A stretch of DNA of 64,000 bases, taken from positions 1 to 64,000 of IMG/VR virus record IMGVR_UViG_3300016457_000282; one strand, 5' to 3'. Positions 20,998-31,595 of the stretch are shown piece after piece. Each line of letters opens with the position of its first letter. Position 1 is the first letter of the stretch. A program made the translations under genes and the position numbers. Below the pieces are notes generated by a model. That model was not told the origin of the DNA. It saw nothing but the letters and a program-made list of their open reading frames with translations, and did not search any database. The DNA comes from a virus.

Positions 20998-21846
20998 ATG
21001 GGATTCTTAGAGCCTTACGAGTTTGAGGAGATGGGGAATGTAATTGGATGGGATGCTATTTGCACAGGAAACACTCAAAAAGTAAGAGATGCAATCGGTG
21101 CTCCTTGTTATTCGGTTACAGCTGGAGAAAACCTCTCTAAAGGACAAGCTGTTTATATCGCAAGTGATCAAAGGGCTTATAGAGCTAGCAATACTTCTGA
21201 CAGTACCATGCCTTGTGTAGGGTTTGTCTATAAGGATGCATCTGCAGGTAACGATGTGTGGATACAGTTTGACGGGCGTGCCGCGCTGTTTTCAGGTCTT
21301 ACAGTTGGGTCTAAGTATTTCGTAGGTACAAATGGAGGGATTACTTCTACACGGCCTACTGGGTCGAATATAGTTCAATGTGTTGGGATTGCTGTTTCTT
21401 CAACCACACTCCTGCTCGTATCTTTGGGGTGCGACTTTGCTAGCACTAGGACGGCAGAAGTAGGAGGTTTACATATAGTAGGGGCAAGTGACAGCTTTGG
21501 AACCGCTCAGGTGATTGATGTTGATGCTTCCCAGAGCGACCCATCTGCTATTACGTCTACTGCAGTTACCTATGCCGATGCTGCGGCTGTTACTTTAGGA
21601 GACGCAGACTTAACGTATGACGCGAATGAGAGAGACTTGATTAACGATCTGAAATCCAAATATAACGATCTTGTACCTCTGGTAAACGAGATAAAGAGTG
21701 ACTATAATGCGTTAAGAGCTGATGTTACTTCTATCCACTCTGTCTTGATAGGGACTATTGATTACTGTGATGCTTTAAAAGCGAAAATTAACGAATTACT
21801 AGGAGAGCTCCGTAAGACCGGTGGTTGCGGAGTTTTGAATGATTAG
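20998..21846 (+). CDS. Tail fibre/decoration-like protein
   Basis: AGENLSKGQAVYI...GLTVGSKYFV...VGIAVS domain followed by a coiled coil. Confidence 0.55.
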   Translation: MGFLEPYEFEEMGNVIGWDAICTGNTQKVRDAIGAPCYSVTAGENLSKGQAVYIASDQRAYRASNTSDSTMPCVGFVYKDASAGNDVWIQFDGRAALFSGLTVGSKYFVGTNGGITSTRPTGSNIVQCVGIAVSSTTLLLVSLGCDFASTRTAEVGGLHIVGASDSFGTAQVIDVDASQSDPSAITSTAVTYADAAAVTLGDADLTYDANERDLINDLKSKYNDLVPLVNEIKSDYNALRADVTSIHSVLIGTIDYCDALKAKINELLGELRKTGGCGVLND

Positions 21847-21858
21847 AGGAGGTAGCTT

Positions 21859-22272
21859 ATGATAGAGTATCCTGTTGTTGAAATTGTAAGGCTAGAGGAG
21901 AATGAATCTTACGGCACCTTTGGAGTGCTTCGTATTCAGAAGCAAGTCTTTTGTGTGACTCTCGAACCTGCGGACCGATTCAATATGCCCGGAGTTTCAT
22001 GTATTCCCGCACAGCAGTACATATGTAGAAGGCACGTTTCTAGCCGGTTTGGGGAGACTTTCATAGTTACAAATGTACCGGGCCGTGTTGGTATTCTATT
22101 CCATCCGGGCAATGAAGTTGAAGATACTGCTGGGTGCATTCTTTTGGCGGAACATTATGGGAAGTTACACGGTGATAGAGCTGTGCTGAATTCGGGTAAG
22201 ACGTTCAAGAGGTTTATGGAGGTTATGAAGGACTTTGATAAGTTTCATTTGACAATTCTGGAATGTTATTAA
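21859..22272 (+). CDS. DUF5675-family putative endolysin
   Basis: TFG.L, CVTLE, SCIP, VPGR.GILFHPGN...DTAGCIL. Confidence 0.8.
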   Translation: MIEYPVVEIVRLEENESYGTFGVLRIQKQVFCVTLEPADRFNMPGVSCIPAQQYICRRHVSSRFGETFIVTNVPGRVGILFHPGNEVEDTAGCILLAEHYGKLHGDRAVLNSGKTFKRFMEVMKDFDKFHLTILECY

Positions 22273-22727
22273 AGGGGGTTAAATTGGTGAAAAGAGTTTT
22301 AATAGGAGTATTATTGTTGTTTTTAATGAACAGTTCTCTTTGCCTGGCGAAGAATCGGATTACTTGGCTTAGTTTGCTAAACAACAAGCATTTCTCTGCT
22401 GGTGAAGTTGTTTCCACTCGAGTCCTCGATCTTGATAAACTACGCGCTACAGGGTACTTTTCGTTACAAGTGACGATTACTGGAGGAGGTGTTTACACTA
22501 TTAAGGAGAAGTGCAGTCTCGATGAACAGTTTTTCAGAACCCCCGAAGGAGTCCCAGATATTGCGACTGAGCTTACTTCTACTTCTGGTCCGGAGAGCGA
22601 CGGCCATTTGTTTATACCAGTTGATTTGGGTGCAATGACGAAGTATTTGCAGTTTGAGGTGGTTGAAACTTCTGGGACTTCCGGAGGTACTGTAACAATT
22701 CTATTGGGGATAACTGTGGATCGATAA
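22263..22727 (+). CDS. Hypothetical protein with signal-peptide-like N-terminus
   Basis: Hydrophobic N-terminus, beta-rich body. Confidence 0.5.
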   Translation: MLLKGVKLVKRVLIGVLLLFLMNSSLCLAKNRITWLSLLNNKHFSAGEVVSTRVLDLDKLRATGYFSLQVTITGGGVYTIKEKCSLDEQFFRTPEGVPDIATELTSTSGPESDGHLFIPVDLGAMTKYLQFEVVETSGTSGGTVTILLGITVDR

Positions 22728-23204
22728 GTGATGGTCAGGAAAGTCCTTTCAATTAGTATATTGCTCTTGGCGATTTTTACAACAAGTGTTTGTGCTCAAT
22801 GGGTGCGTAAACGTCAATTCGTCTCAGACTCTACAATTACTGTCGCGTGGAACGCTCCTATAGTGCTGTCTACAGGTGACCCGATTCCAACTGATGCTGT
22901 TTTAAAGTACCGGGTTTACATTCGAAGAGTTGGGTCTCCTCCGCGAGAGATTACTTCTGCTCCTATTACAGAGACTCAATTTACGTTCGCTCCTCCTAAA
23001 GTTGACTTTTGTTTTATTGGTGTACGTGCAGTACTTTACGATTCTAACGGAGTTCAAATTAGTGAATCACCTATCGCGTGGTCGTACGACCTTAGAGTAG
23101 CAGCTAATGGTCGTACGTTCGGGATGCGTAACTATTCCTCGAAGTTGATAACTATATTGGGGCGAAGACCTCGATGGGGCCAGCTTTGGCATCATCGATG
23201 GTAA
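22728..23204 (+). CDS. Secreted FN3-like protein
   Basis: Signal peptide; ITVAWNAP...YRVY...GVRAV. Confidence 0.5.
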   Translation: MMVRKVLSISILLLAIFTTSVCAQWVRKRQFVSDSTITVAWNAPIVLSTGDPIPTDAVLKYRVYIRRVGSPPREITSAPITETQFTFAPPKVDFCFIGVRAVLYDSNGVQISESPIAWSYDLRVAANGRTFGMRNYSSKLITILGRRPRWGQLWHHRW

Positions 23205-23240
23205 AAAGCACACTAAATTCTAAAACAGGAGGTAGTTAAG

Positions 23241-23456
23241 ATGGAGATTAAACCAGGATACAAAACTACTGAGTTTTGGGTAACTGTAACAGCGAAAGCA
23301 ATTGCCCTGCTTGCGGCTCTAGGTGTGTTTACACCTGAGCAAGCTTCTGTGGTAACTCAAGCGATTACTCAACTAGCCGGAGTAGTGGGAGTTGTAGCAG
23401 CTGCATTTGGCTACTCTCTGGCAAGAGGTTCTGCTAAGAAAGGGAGTCAACAATAG
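23241..23456 (+). CDS. Putative holin
   Basis: KPGYKTTEFW, two TM segments, Y..ARG..K tail. Confidence 0.7.
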   Translation: MEIKPGYKTTEFWVTVTAKAIALLAALGVFTPEQASVVTQAITQLAGVVGVVAAAFGYSLARGSAKKGSQQ

Positions 23457-23712
23457 AATACTAACTCGCATTAGGGGGTAGAAGAGTGTTTACGAGGCTG
23501 GTGATCGCTTTAATCTTGTGCTTTTTTCGTGTTTGTTAGTCACGCTCTGGGAGTAGCACGTACTAGCGCCACTCCCAGACCCGGTCCAGTAAGACCTACA
23601 GCACTTAGGGTACTTCATTAGGTGAGTCAGACCGCTTTGAATCATCGGCAGAGCTTTACACGAGGGTACAACTGTATTACAGCTATTATCTTCAATTGGG
23701 AGGTCCGAAAAA

Positions 23713-24255
23713 ATGGCCGAACTATTAGTCAAGTCTAGTGATACGACAAACCCCGATCCAATAAAAGATTTACGCGGATGCTACAAAAAGGGTGACGTTG
23801 TAGTTGTGAAGCCAGATGGATGGAAATGGGGGAAAGAAGAGTTGAACAAGAATAAGTTCTACATTCTGTGTGTGCCTGACAAAGAAGTCGATGAATTAAA
23901 GTTTTTGACAAAGGAAGATGAAATTGTGCTGGGAAATCGGTACATTGCTGAGTCTCCTGAATTAGGAGTAATGGCAGAAGGTCCTGATGCAGAGACAGCA
24001 TCTAAGACTTGCCAAACCCTAGCTGATGCTGTTCTGAAGAGATTACAAGACCACGATTTATCTCCTAGTTACCAAATCGTAACAAGAATAGAACCTATCA
24101 GACACGTTGTGGCCAGGCGCAGACATAGGATCAACATTGAAGATATTGAGGACATCCTACAAAGTGAGGTAGTTGCTGAAGTAACCAGTGACAAAATCAG
24201 CGTAACAGACAAACCTCAGAAAATATCAGCAACCTTAGCGAAGCTGGCTAAGTAA
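23713..24255 (+). CDS. Hypothetical virion-associated protein
   Basis: MAELLVK...YKKGDVVVVKPDGWKWGKEE; precedes fibre-like genes. Confidence 0.5.
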   Translation: MAELLVKSSDTTNPDPIKDLRGCYKKGDVVVVKPDGWKWGKEELNKNKFYILCVPDKEVDELKFLTKEDEIVLGNRYIAESPELGVMAEGPDAETASKTCQTLADAVLKRLQDHDLSPSYQIVTRIEPIRHVVARRRHRINIEDIEDILQSEVVAEVTSDKISVTDKPQKISATLAKLAK

Positions 24256-24256
24256 A

Positions 24257-26908
24257 ATGGCAACTGAAGTTGTAAAGATAGTCGATACAGGAGGAAGTGG
24301 AGATTACTCATCTCTAGCTGCTTGGGAAGCAGACTTCGGGAGCTGTACCCAGTCGAACTACCCTTCTATGTCTGGAGACGGTGACCTTGTGGGAGCGGAC
24401 TTGATCGCTGTTGCTGATTGTAGGTGTTCAACTGGGGATGAGGATGATAGTGCAGTTACTATTGATGGATGGACTTCTGTAGACTCGGATCACTACATTA
24501 GGATTTGGACCGATCCAGATCAGGGGTACAGACACCCAGGGAAATGGGATGACACAAAGTACAGGCTTGTGCTCTCCGAAGGAACTATTTTTGACATACA
24601 AGAAGAGTATGTGAGACTTATTGGCTTACAGATGAAAGGAACGAGATCGACAGGGTCTCAGTTGTTGATACATACATATTACACAAGCCGTTATCTGCGG
24701 GTCGAAAAATGTATCCTCTGTAGAGAGAATGCTGGTGGAACAGTAAATACTGGAATTAGTTGTGATAATTCTGCTGTACAAATTTATTTGGTCAATAATC
24801 TTTTTTATGACATACCTCAATATGCCATTCGTGGAAACGACTATTACTACTTATACAACAATACTATTATCAACTGTGGTACTGGTGTAGATGGTGGATC
24901 ATCAGGGTATTGCAGAGCTATCAACAACATTGTTGACTGTACTACTTGTTTTGTTGGAGTTTTCGACTCTGATTCAGATTTCAACATCTCGTCAGATGAT
25001 ACAGCTCCAGGACCAAATTCAATCCATAATGCTACGGTCACTTTTGTAGACGCAGCTAATGGCGACTTTCACCTTGATGCTTCTGATACAGTAGCTAGAG
25101 ACGCAGGTACAGACCTTTCATCTGATCCTTATTTAGCTTTCACTGACGACATCGATGGTGAAACTCGCTCTGCTCCTTGGGATATTGGAGTGGATGAATA
25201 TGTGAGCGGAGGTGGAGGAGTACTTACAGCTATAGCTGATATACTATTAGCGTCTCTCACTCCGGCCACGTCGTTTAGCGTACTCAGGAGTATATCAGCT
25301 TCCCTCAGTTCTCTAAGCACTACTTCTCTTTCCCACTTAGGACTGCTCCTTACCCTTACTTCAAACATTCAACCTAGTTCCTCTACTGACGAGATTATCC
25401 TCTCTTTAACTAAACTAGCGATGGTCGGTGTAAGTAGTCAATCAACTACTGCCGATTCGGATTTAGTCATCTTACGGTCGCTGTTAAGTAACGTACTCCC
25501 AGTCTCTGACTCTAGCATCTTTCATTTAGATATACTGAGGAACGCTTTAACACAATCTCAGGTTGGTACGTTTACTCCGAGTGGTGCTCTCTCAGTACTA
25601 CGCCGTGTAACTAGTTCTGAGCCAATTCAGTCGTACGCAAGCACTACTGCCCTCAGAGTTTTGAGGAATCTCACAAGCTCGCTACAAGCGCAGTCTTTTA
25701 CATCAGCTCTGATTCACTTACACGTAGTTAGGGAGTTGCTGGCAAATATACCCTTGCAATCCGACGCCTCTGACGAAGTCATACTTTCGCTGGCCGAGCT
25801 GTTTACAGCGATCGCGAACATTGTCACTGGAACAAGTACTAACACGCCACGTCTCTTGGTACTCCGGTCACTTGTAACGAGCGCTTCTGTGTTGACGGAC
25901 TCCAACAGTGTAGTACTTCGACTACTGAAAAGGGTGTTTACCTACGTTTTGAGTCACACTGTTACGTCACCTACGACATTGAACGTTCTACGGATTGCTT
26001 TAAACTCGATCACCGCACAATCGTCAACTCCCGACGACGCCGAACTTCTCCTAGCGCAGTTGATCACAGCAGTCTCAAACATTCTTGCGCTAGTTATACC
26101 TTCAACTACTTCTCTGGCAATAAAACGAGCTCTCGTATCACATATTCAAACGACTACTGGCACGGGCGATGTACCTCTTGAGTTATTGAGAGAAGTGCTC
26201 GTTAATATTTTAAGTCAAGCAAGTGGTTCAACAGCTCCGCTACGAGTGCTAAGACCTGTTTCGAGTGCTACCTCAGTCCAAACACTGGCTGCTGATGACG
26301 TTGTCTTGTTGTTAGTCGAAGTGCTTATTGCTGCGGCCAACGTTGTAACTACTGTTACTACCAGTGAAGTTAGTTCGAATGTACTACGCGAGTTGTTAAC
26401 ACTAACCGAAGTTAAGACTACCTCTTCAGATTCTGTTGAACTTTCTATTGCCGCGCTCATAAAAGCAGCCGCTGATGTTGTTTCACAAGTTCTTACTGGT
26501 AATGCGAAGTTCTCGATATTAAGACTGATTTCAACTGAAGTTCAAACTCAAACCGCTTCGCACGCTGTGGTACTCGAGCTGATTCGCTCTGTTACTTCTG
26601 CTATTCAGGCCGCTGTTACGTCGTCGAACAGCGTCGGGCTAATAATCGTTAAAGTTGGGCAAGTAGAGATTGTAGTCACTGCTCAGGTTGCTCAAGCAGC
26701 TCTCGCGATTCTAAAGGCACTTGCTATAGATATTACCTCTAACACCATTACTGCGGATGTGTTGCTCAGGGTACTAAGATCGACATCTTTGGGAGTAGAT
26801 AGTACGACCTTAACTGGAGCGGTTGAGTTGATCACTACCATGTTAGGTTTGATTGTAGACACAACTATAGAATCGCTTACGCCGAGGCGAACCATAGAGG
26901 AGGTTTAA
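24257..26908 (+). CDS. Beta-helix (pectin-lyase-like) protein with long Ser/Thr/Leu/Val repeat tail
   Basis: GDYSSLAAWE; NNTI..C; DFHL...DIDG..R...WDIG.DE; then ~560 aa of imperfect ~22-aa repeats. Confidence 0.65.
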   Translation: MATEVVKIVDTGGSGDYSSLAAWEADFGSCTQSNYPSMSGDGDLVGADLIAVADCRCSTGDEDDSAVTIDGWTSVDSDHYIRIWTDPDQGYRHPGKWDDTKYRLVLSEGTIFDIQEEYVRLIGLQMKGTRSTGSQLLIHTYYTSRYLRVEKCILCRENAGGTVNTGISCDNSAVQIYLVNNLFYDIPQYAIRGNDYYYLYNNTIINCGTGVDGGSSGYCRAINNIVDCTTCFVGVFDSDSDFNISSDDTAPGPNSIHNATVTFVDAANGDFHLDASDTVARDAGTDLSSDPYLAFTDDIDGETRSAPWDIGVDEYVSGGGGVLTAIADILLASLTPATSFSVLRSISASLSSLSTTSLSHLGLLLTLTSNIQPSSSTDEIILSLTKLAMVGVSSQSTTADSDLVILRSLLSNVLPVSDSSIFHLDILRNALTQSQVGTFTPSGALSVLRRVTSSEPIQSYASTTALRVLRNLTSSLQAQSFTSALIHLHVVRELLANIPLQSDASDEVILSLAELFTAIANIVTGTSTNTPRLLVLRSLVTSASVLTDSNSVVLRLLKRVFTYVLSHTVTSPTTLNVLRIALNSITAQSSTPDDAELLLAQLITAVSNILALVIPSTTSLAIKRALVSHIQTTTGTGDVPLELLREVLVNILSQASGSTAPLRVLRPVSSATSVQTLAADDVVLLLVEVLIAAANVVTTVTTSEVSSNVLRELLTLTEVKTTSSDSVELSIAALIKAAADVVSQVLTGNAKFSILRLISTEVQTQTASHAVVLELIRSVTSAIQAAVTSSNSVGLIIVKVGQVEIVVTAQVAQAALAILKALAIDITSNTITADVLLRVLRSTSLGVDSTTLTGAVELITTMLGLIVDTTIESLTPRRTIEEV

Positions 26909-26910
26909 AA

Positions 26911-27717
26911 ATGGGATCACTATCAAATTATTTAGAGAATGCATTACTAGATCATGTTCTTAATCAGAATACGTACACACCACCTACTACTATTTACATA
27001 GCTTTGTCTACTGCAGATCCTCAAGATGATGGTTCTGGAGTGAGTGAACCATCTGGAGGTGGTTATGCTAGGCAACCTATTACATTTGGAGCAGCTTCTA
27101 ATAGGAGAGTGGTTCAAAACACGGATGTTGAGTTTCCTCAGGCCACCGCTGATTGGGGTACTATTACTCACTGGGCTCTTTTTGATGCTAGTACAGGTGG
27201 TAATATGTTAGCGTATGGCGAATTGGCGTCTGCTAAGACAGTTTATGAAGGCAACACTCCTTCGATAGCGTCAGGTGAAGTGTATATAGAATTCACTGCA
27301 GGGTACATTTCCAGCTACCTTGCCAACGCATTACTTGATTTTGTATTTCGTAACCAAACCTACACACCGCCTTCTACTTACGTAGCTCTAACTACTGCTA
27401 CTATTAGTGATAGTGACACAGGGTCAACTATTTCTGAACCGCCAGGAAATGGCTACTCTAGAGTGTTAGTGAATCCCAATGGAGGTAGCTCTCCTGCTTG
27501 GGGAACAGTTTCGAATGGGGCTATTGAGAACGCGGATAACATTGATGTGGGCCCTGCTTCAGGGGGTTCTTGGGGTACTATAGTAGCCACTGCCTTGGTA
27601 GACGCTTCGAGTGCAGGTAACGTGTTGTTCTACGATAACGGAGTAACAGATCAGGAAGTCGGCGATGGAGATACTTACCGGTTCCCCGCTGGAGATTTCA
27701 ACATAAGTATGGACTAA
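26911..27717 (+). CDS. Tail fibre-associated protein with tandem duplicated domain
   Basis: Two copies of S.YL.NALLD.V...TYTPP..Y.AL.TA...EP.G.GY.R...WGTI. Confidence 0.7.
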   Translation: MGSLSNYLENALLDHVLNQNTYTPPTTIYIALSTADPQDDGSGVSEPSGGGYARQPITFGAASNRRVVQNTDVEFPQATADWGTITHWALFDASTGGNMLAYGELASAKTVYEGNTPSIASGEVYIEFTAGYISSYLANALLDFVFRNQTYTPPSTYVALTTATISDSDTGSTISEPPGNGYSRVLVNPNGGSSPAWGTVSNGAIENADNIDVGPASGGSWGTIVATALVDASSAGNVLFYDNGVTDQEVGDGDTYRFPAGDFNISMD

Positions 27718-27765
27718 TAGTACGCGCTTTCACATTTTTTAAATTAATTTGCGATACGAGACTTT

Positions 27766-28089
27766 TTGAAGATGATAGTCGAAGTCTTCTACTTAGGGCA
27801 TGACAATAGCATAGATTTGCTTCTGAAGTCTAATAACTCAGTTGTTGACCTTTCCCCAGTTACGAAGATGGAACTGGAGATCAAGGGGGTTACTACTCTT
27901 TCAACTGAAGATTATCCCGGACTGATACAGTGGGCGGGTTCACTGGAAAGGGGAAGGGTTGTGATTGACCTAAATAGGTACACTGGTACGTTGCCAACGG
28001 GTAGATTTATTGCTCGATTAATCGTTTACGACCCATCTCACCCACATGGTATTGTGTGGGGTGAGTTTGTGCTTTATATTCGTGATTAG
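27766..28089 (+). CDS. Hypothetical protein
   Basis: 107-aa ORF in the structural module. Confidence 0.5.
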   Translation: MKMIVEVFYLGHDNSIDLLLKSNNSVVDLSPVTKMELEIKGVTTLSTEDYPGLIQWAGSLERGRVVIDLNRYTGTLPTGRFIARLIVYDPSHPHGIVWGEFVLYIRD

Positions 28090-28106
28090 GGAAGGACTTA
28101 GGAGGT

Positions 28107-28412
28107 TTGACGAAAAAAGACAACCTCTCTTTCAATCTTAATTGGTGCCTTTCTTTTCTCAGTGATTGTGCTTGCTCAACAAGTAAATTGGCACGTAGTT
28201 AATCAAGTTACAGTTACATGGGACCTACAATTCTAGCAAACGGTAATCCTGTCCCCAGGGACAATTCACTTAAGTATCGTGTTTACGTCAAGCGAGATGC
28301 CTCTGATGTCCAAGTTCAAGAAGTGACTACAGATCTCATTTCTGAGGCACAGTATACAATTACACTATCTGAGGAAGGTTGCTACTTCGTTGGAGTACGT
28401 GCTTTAATCTAA
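28107..28412 (+). pseudogene. Frameshifted paralog of 22728..23204
   Basis: Signal peptide + WHVVNQVTVTWD in one frame; PTILANGNPVP...LKYRVYVKR...FVGVRAL in another. Confidence 0.6.
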
Positions 28413-28435
28413 GGGATTCATCCTCAGGTGTTAAC

Positions 28436-28603
28436 ATGAGTCCGTTCACAACACCTTTGATAGTAGAACCTATAAGTACTAGACGTTGGAGATTGGTAGC
28501 GCCGTTTGAGTATCACGTAGGAAGTTATCCAAGTTCTAAGCCTAAGTGGAAACGTTTCATCAAAAGTCTTCGGAGAAAAGAGGATTTTAATTTTAGACGA
28601 TGA
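28436..28603 (+). pseudogene. Truncated DUF1353-like fragment
   Basis: MSPFTTPLIVEP...WRLVAPFEYHVG N-terminus without the usual downstream VP.GF.TD.AS segment. Confidence 0.5.
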
Positions 28604-28730
28604 CGGGATGGCTTATTAATTTTCTATAGTGGTCTAGGCTAACTATAGCTGACCTATTGAAAAATTGGAGGGTGTACCTACTGATGAAGAGCTGAGGGCG
28701 TAACAGTGGTAGTCTACATCTGTTAGGAAG

Positions 28731-29870
28731 GTGGTTCTTATGTCGATAACATATGATTCAGAAAACAGTACAATTATCATTACGGATTTTACACTGGAAA
28801 GTCCTTGTACTTTTGAAGATATTTATCAAACTGACGTGTCAAATGGATGGGGAGTTGTAGAAAAGAAGGAGACTGCATATTTCATACATGCTATTATCCA
28901 GCTTGGTGATAGTGACCATGATGCTTGGCTGGTTGATAAGAATAAACAACTATTTTTCTTTGCTGATTGTGCTTTTAAAAATTCTGTTCGGACGGGGCAT
29001 TTAATTTTGGGAGAAATTGAAAATGAATAAGAAAAAACTGCAAAGAATGGATGCTATATAGAGTGTTATGGAAATTATTTTATTGATGGTAATATTCAAG
29101 AAATTGATTTGCTTGATATAAAAGTTGTTTCAAGAAATGCTGATAACTATAGTATCTTGGCAGTTGATAACTGTATCGGAAAGATTTGGAATAGTGAATT
29201 GCATCTTTTTGTATTAAGAGGGAGTGCTGCAAATTTAGATATATACAATGTGGAACTTGGTAATTTTCCCCAAGATAGCTTTGTTTCACCTTTTTTGTAT
29301 TTTAGTGTTGGCTCTGGAAATATGGAAAAAATCACTGTTGTTAATTGTTCATATACAGCTATTATTTTTATGTACGCTGGATTTGCTATCAAAAATCTTG
29401 TTGGGAGAAATATCAGGAATGCTCTTGTTTTGTGCAGGTTTGCTAGAAGTGAATCTTTTGCGATTGATTGGGATGTTGATTGGAATATGGCCGTTCTTGA
29501 GGGAACCGCATATGAAGGTCTTAATAAACTTTGGCGGCAGTATTCTTTTAACGTTAGAGTTCAAGATGAAAGAAATAATCCCATATCAAACGCATCGGTT
29601 ATTTTGAAAGATAATAACGGTAATACTGTTTATTCTGAAACGTCAGATGAGTCAGGAAGGAGTCCCATTCAAGTCCTCGACTGGGGATATTATGCTCTCG
29701 ACGACAGTAGTAATTGTATTGAGTATCCATCAACTCCTCATACCCTTGTTGTTACAAAACAAGGGTACCAAAAGTATGAAACAAAGATCGAACTAACTAA
29801 AAAACTGGCGGACTTTCCAGTAGTTCTTAAGAAAGAGAATATTAATGTTGACCAAGAGGCCTTAGTATGA
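28731..29870 (+). pseudogene. Structural protein gene split by an in-frame TAA (29028-29030)
   Basis: ORFs 28731..29030 and 29109..29870 share a frame and are separated by a single TAA; AT-rich. Confidence 0.65.
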
Positions 29871-30613
29871 GGTATGCCAAATCAGAGTCCACAAACATTT
29901 TAGCGTTATTTAATAGCGGAGATACTGTAACGATTAATGTGTACAGGTTGTCAGACAATACGAAGGTGGTGGATGGTGCTTCTTGCTCTGAAGTGGCAGA
30001 AACAGGGATATTTAAGTATCTTTTTAGTCAGACGATTTCGCAGAAAGAAGAATACTTGTGGGTAATGAACAATGGAGAATATAGCAAGTATGGGAAGATA
30101 GTGTTAAGCGGGTGGATGGATGATACTGCTGACGAGATTCAAAACCACCGTAATATGGTAGAACCTAAGATAGATATAACTATCAGCTCCAGGGCTTCCC
30201 AAGAGTCTGTTGATGCCATTCCTACAGCAGATGAGATTGCCGATGTTGTATGGGATGAGACAACCTCTGATCATACTACTTCTGGATCATTTGGTGAGGA
30301 AGTTCAAAGTCACGCAACCAAAACTGAGTTGGATCAAGCTGAAGCGAACATAAGAGGTGTTGACAGCGACTCTCTCAAAACCCTTTCTGACCAGATAGAC
30401 TCAGTAAAAGAGCAAACGGATAAGATTCCCACTATTCAGTTAGATGTGTCTTTTATTAAGGACATTGAAGGTGGTCGTTGGGTGCTTGACGGACATCAAA
30501 TGGTGTTTTATAAAGAAGATAACACTACGGAAGTTGCTCGATTTGATCTCTACAATAAAGACGGGGCATTGATTAGTGAAGAAGATGACGCCTATGAAAG
30601 GCGTCGAGTTTAA
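29867..30613 (+). CDS. Hypothetical structural protein
   Basis: IADVVWDE..SDH...GSFG and IEGGRW motifs seen in phage virion proteins. Confidence 0.5.
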   Translation: MRYAKSESTNILALFNSGDTVTINVYRLSDNTKVVDGASCSEVAETGIFKYLFSQTISQKEEYLWVMNNGEYSKYGKIVLSGWMDDTADEIQNHRNMVEPKIDITISSRASQESVDAIPTADEIADVVWDETTSDHTTSGSFGEEVQSHATKTELDQAEANIRGVDSDSLKTLSDQIDSVKEQTDKIPTIQLDVSFIKDIEGGRWVLDGHQMVFYKEDNTTEVARFDLYNKDGALISEEDDAYERRRV

Positions 30614-30635
30614 AAAAAGAGAAGGAGGGATTAGG

Positions 30636-30974
30636 ATGATTAGGATGTCGAAAGTATTGACAGGAATTTTTCTTCTGGCTTTTTGTATTTTCATGGCAGG
30701 GAGTGCATTTGCCGCTCCTTATCTAGTTTGCGACCCCCAAACTAACGTAACCTCTTACATAGTTACCCTAGATGGAACTGAGACCGAAGTACCTGCTCAA
30801 GATTTGGGTAATGGTACTGTACGTCTCCATTTCGATCTAGCTAGTGTAACAGAAGGGGAGCATCATGTTGAAGTAAGAGCGAAGAACATTTGGGGGGTGA
30901 GTGATCCGGTCCCTTTCGACTTTACAAAAACACTACCCGCTCTTCCTTCGGGCTTCTCTATATCGACAGAATGA
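30636..30974 (+). CDS. Secreted Ig/FN3-like small protein
   Basis: Signal peptide; APYLVCDP...VRAKNIWGVS. Confidence 0.5.
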   Translation: MIRMSKVLTGIFLLAFCIFMAGSAFAAPYLVCDPQTNVTSYIVTLDGTETEVPAQDLGNGTVRLHFDLASVTEGEHHVEVRAKNIWGVSDPVPFDFTKTLPALPSGFSISTE

Positions 30975-30996
30975 TCTACTACTTGGAGGTTGAGCC

Positions 30997-31401
30997 TTGT
31001 CGGTAGGAAGAGTGAGTACCTTATTAGGGGTGCTGGTGGGGCTTTGCTCTCTGATAGGAGCTGTAGCGGCAGTGGACTCCCGTTATGCTAAACAGGTGTA
31101 CGTGGAGAAAATAGAGCAGCGCTTGGACCAGAAGATATGGTCTGATAGGTATTACCAAATACAGCAGAGAATTTGGCAGCTTCAAGATCGTTACCCAATT
31201 CCCCAAAATATGCCCCAATCTGTGAAGGAGGAGCTGCGTAAACTCAAGTTTCTGAAAGAGCAGATTGAGAGAAAACTGAGAATTCCTGCTGACCAACTAG
31301 GGACGATAGAACTGGCAGTGGCTCATGCTAAAGCCACTGCCGGCGCCCCTGTACCTCCTAAACGTATTAAAGTTTCCGAGAACTACAGTATGGGAGTGTA
31401 G
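30997..31401 (+). CDS. Membrane-anchored hypothetical protein
   Basis: N-terminal TM, DSRYA, coiled coil. Confidence 0.5.
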   Translation: MSVGRVSTLLGVLVGLCSLIGAVAAVDSRYAKQVYVEKIEQRLDQKIWSDRYYQIQQRIWQLQDRYPIPQNMPQSVKEELRKLKFLKEQIERKLRIPADQLGTIELAVAHAKATAGAPVPPKRIKVSENYSMGV

Positions 31402-31409
31402 GTGATGTT

Positions 31410-31595
31410 ATGACGAGTTTGATTATCACAAGAGGTTTTGGAAAATGTAAAGGTGAAGCTCAACCTGTAGTAGTAAGTGGGGGTGAAGTGATTACTCAGG
31501 AAAAACCCCGAATTTATATTGATAGGTTAGTTACCAAAGATGCTCCTGACACAAGTCAGCTCTTGAAGGTGATTGTGGAGTCGGTACATGATTGA
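31410..31595 (+). CDS. Hypothetical protein
   Basis: IITRGFG N-terminus; coupled to the next gene. Confidence 0.45.
   Translation: MTSLIITRGFGKCKGEAQPVVVSGGEVITQEKPRIYIDRLVTKDAPDTSQLLKVIVESVHD

Noticed and set aside
29028-29030. Stop-codon reassignment
   Set aside because: TAA, TAG and TGA all terminate clear genes elsewhere; a single nonsense change is simpler.
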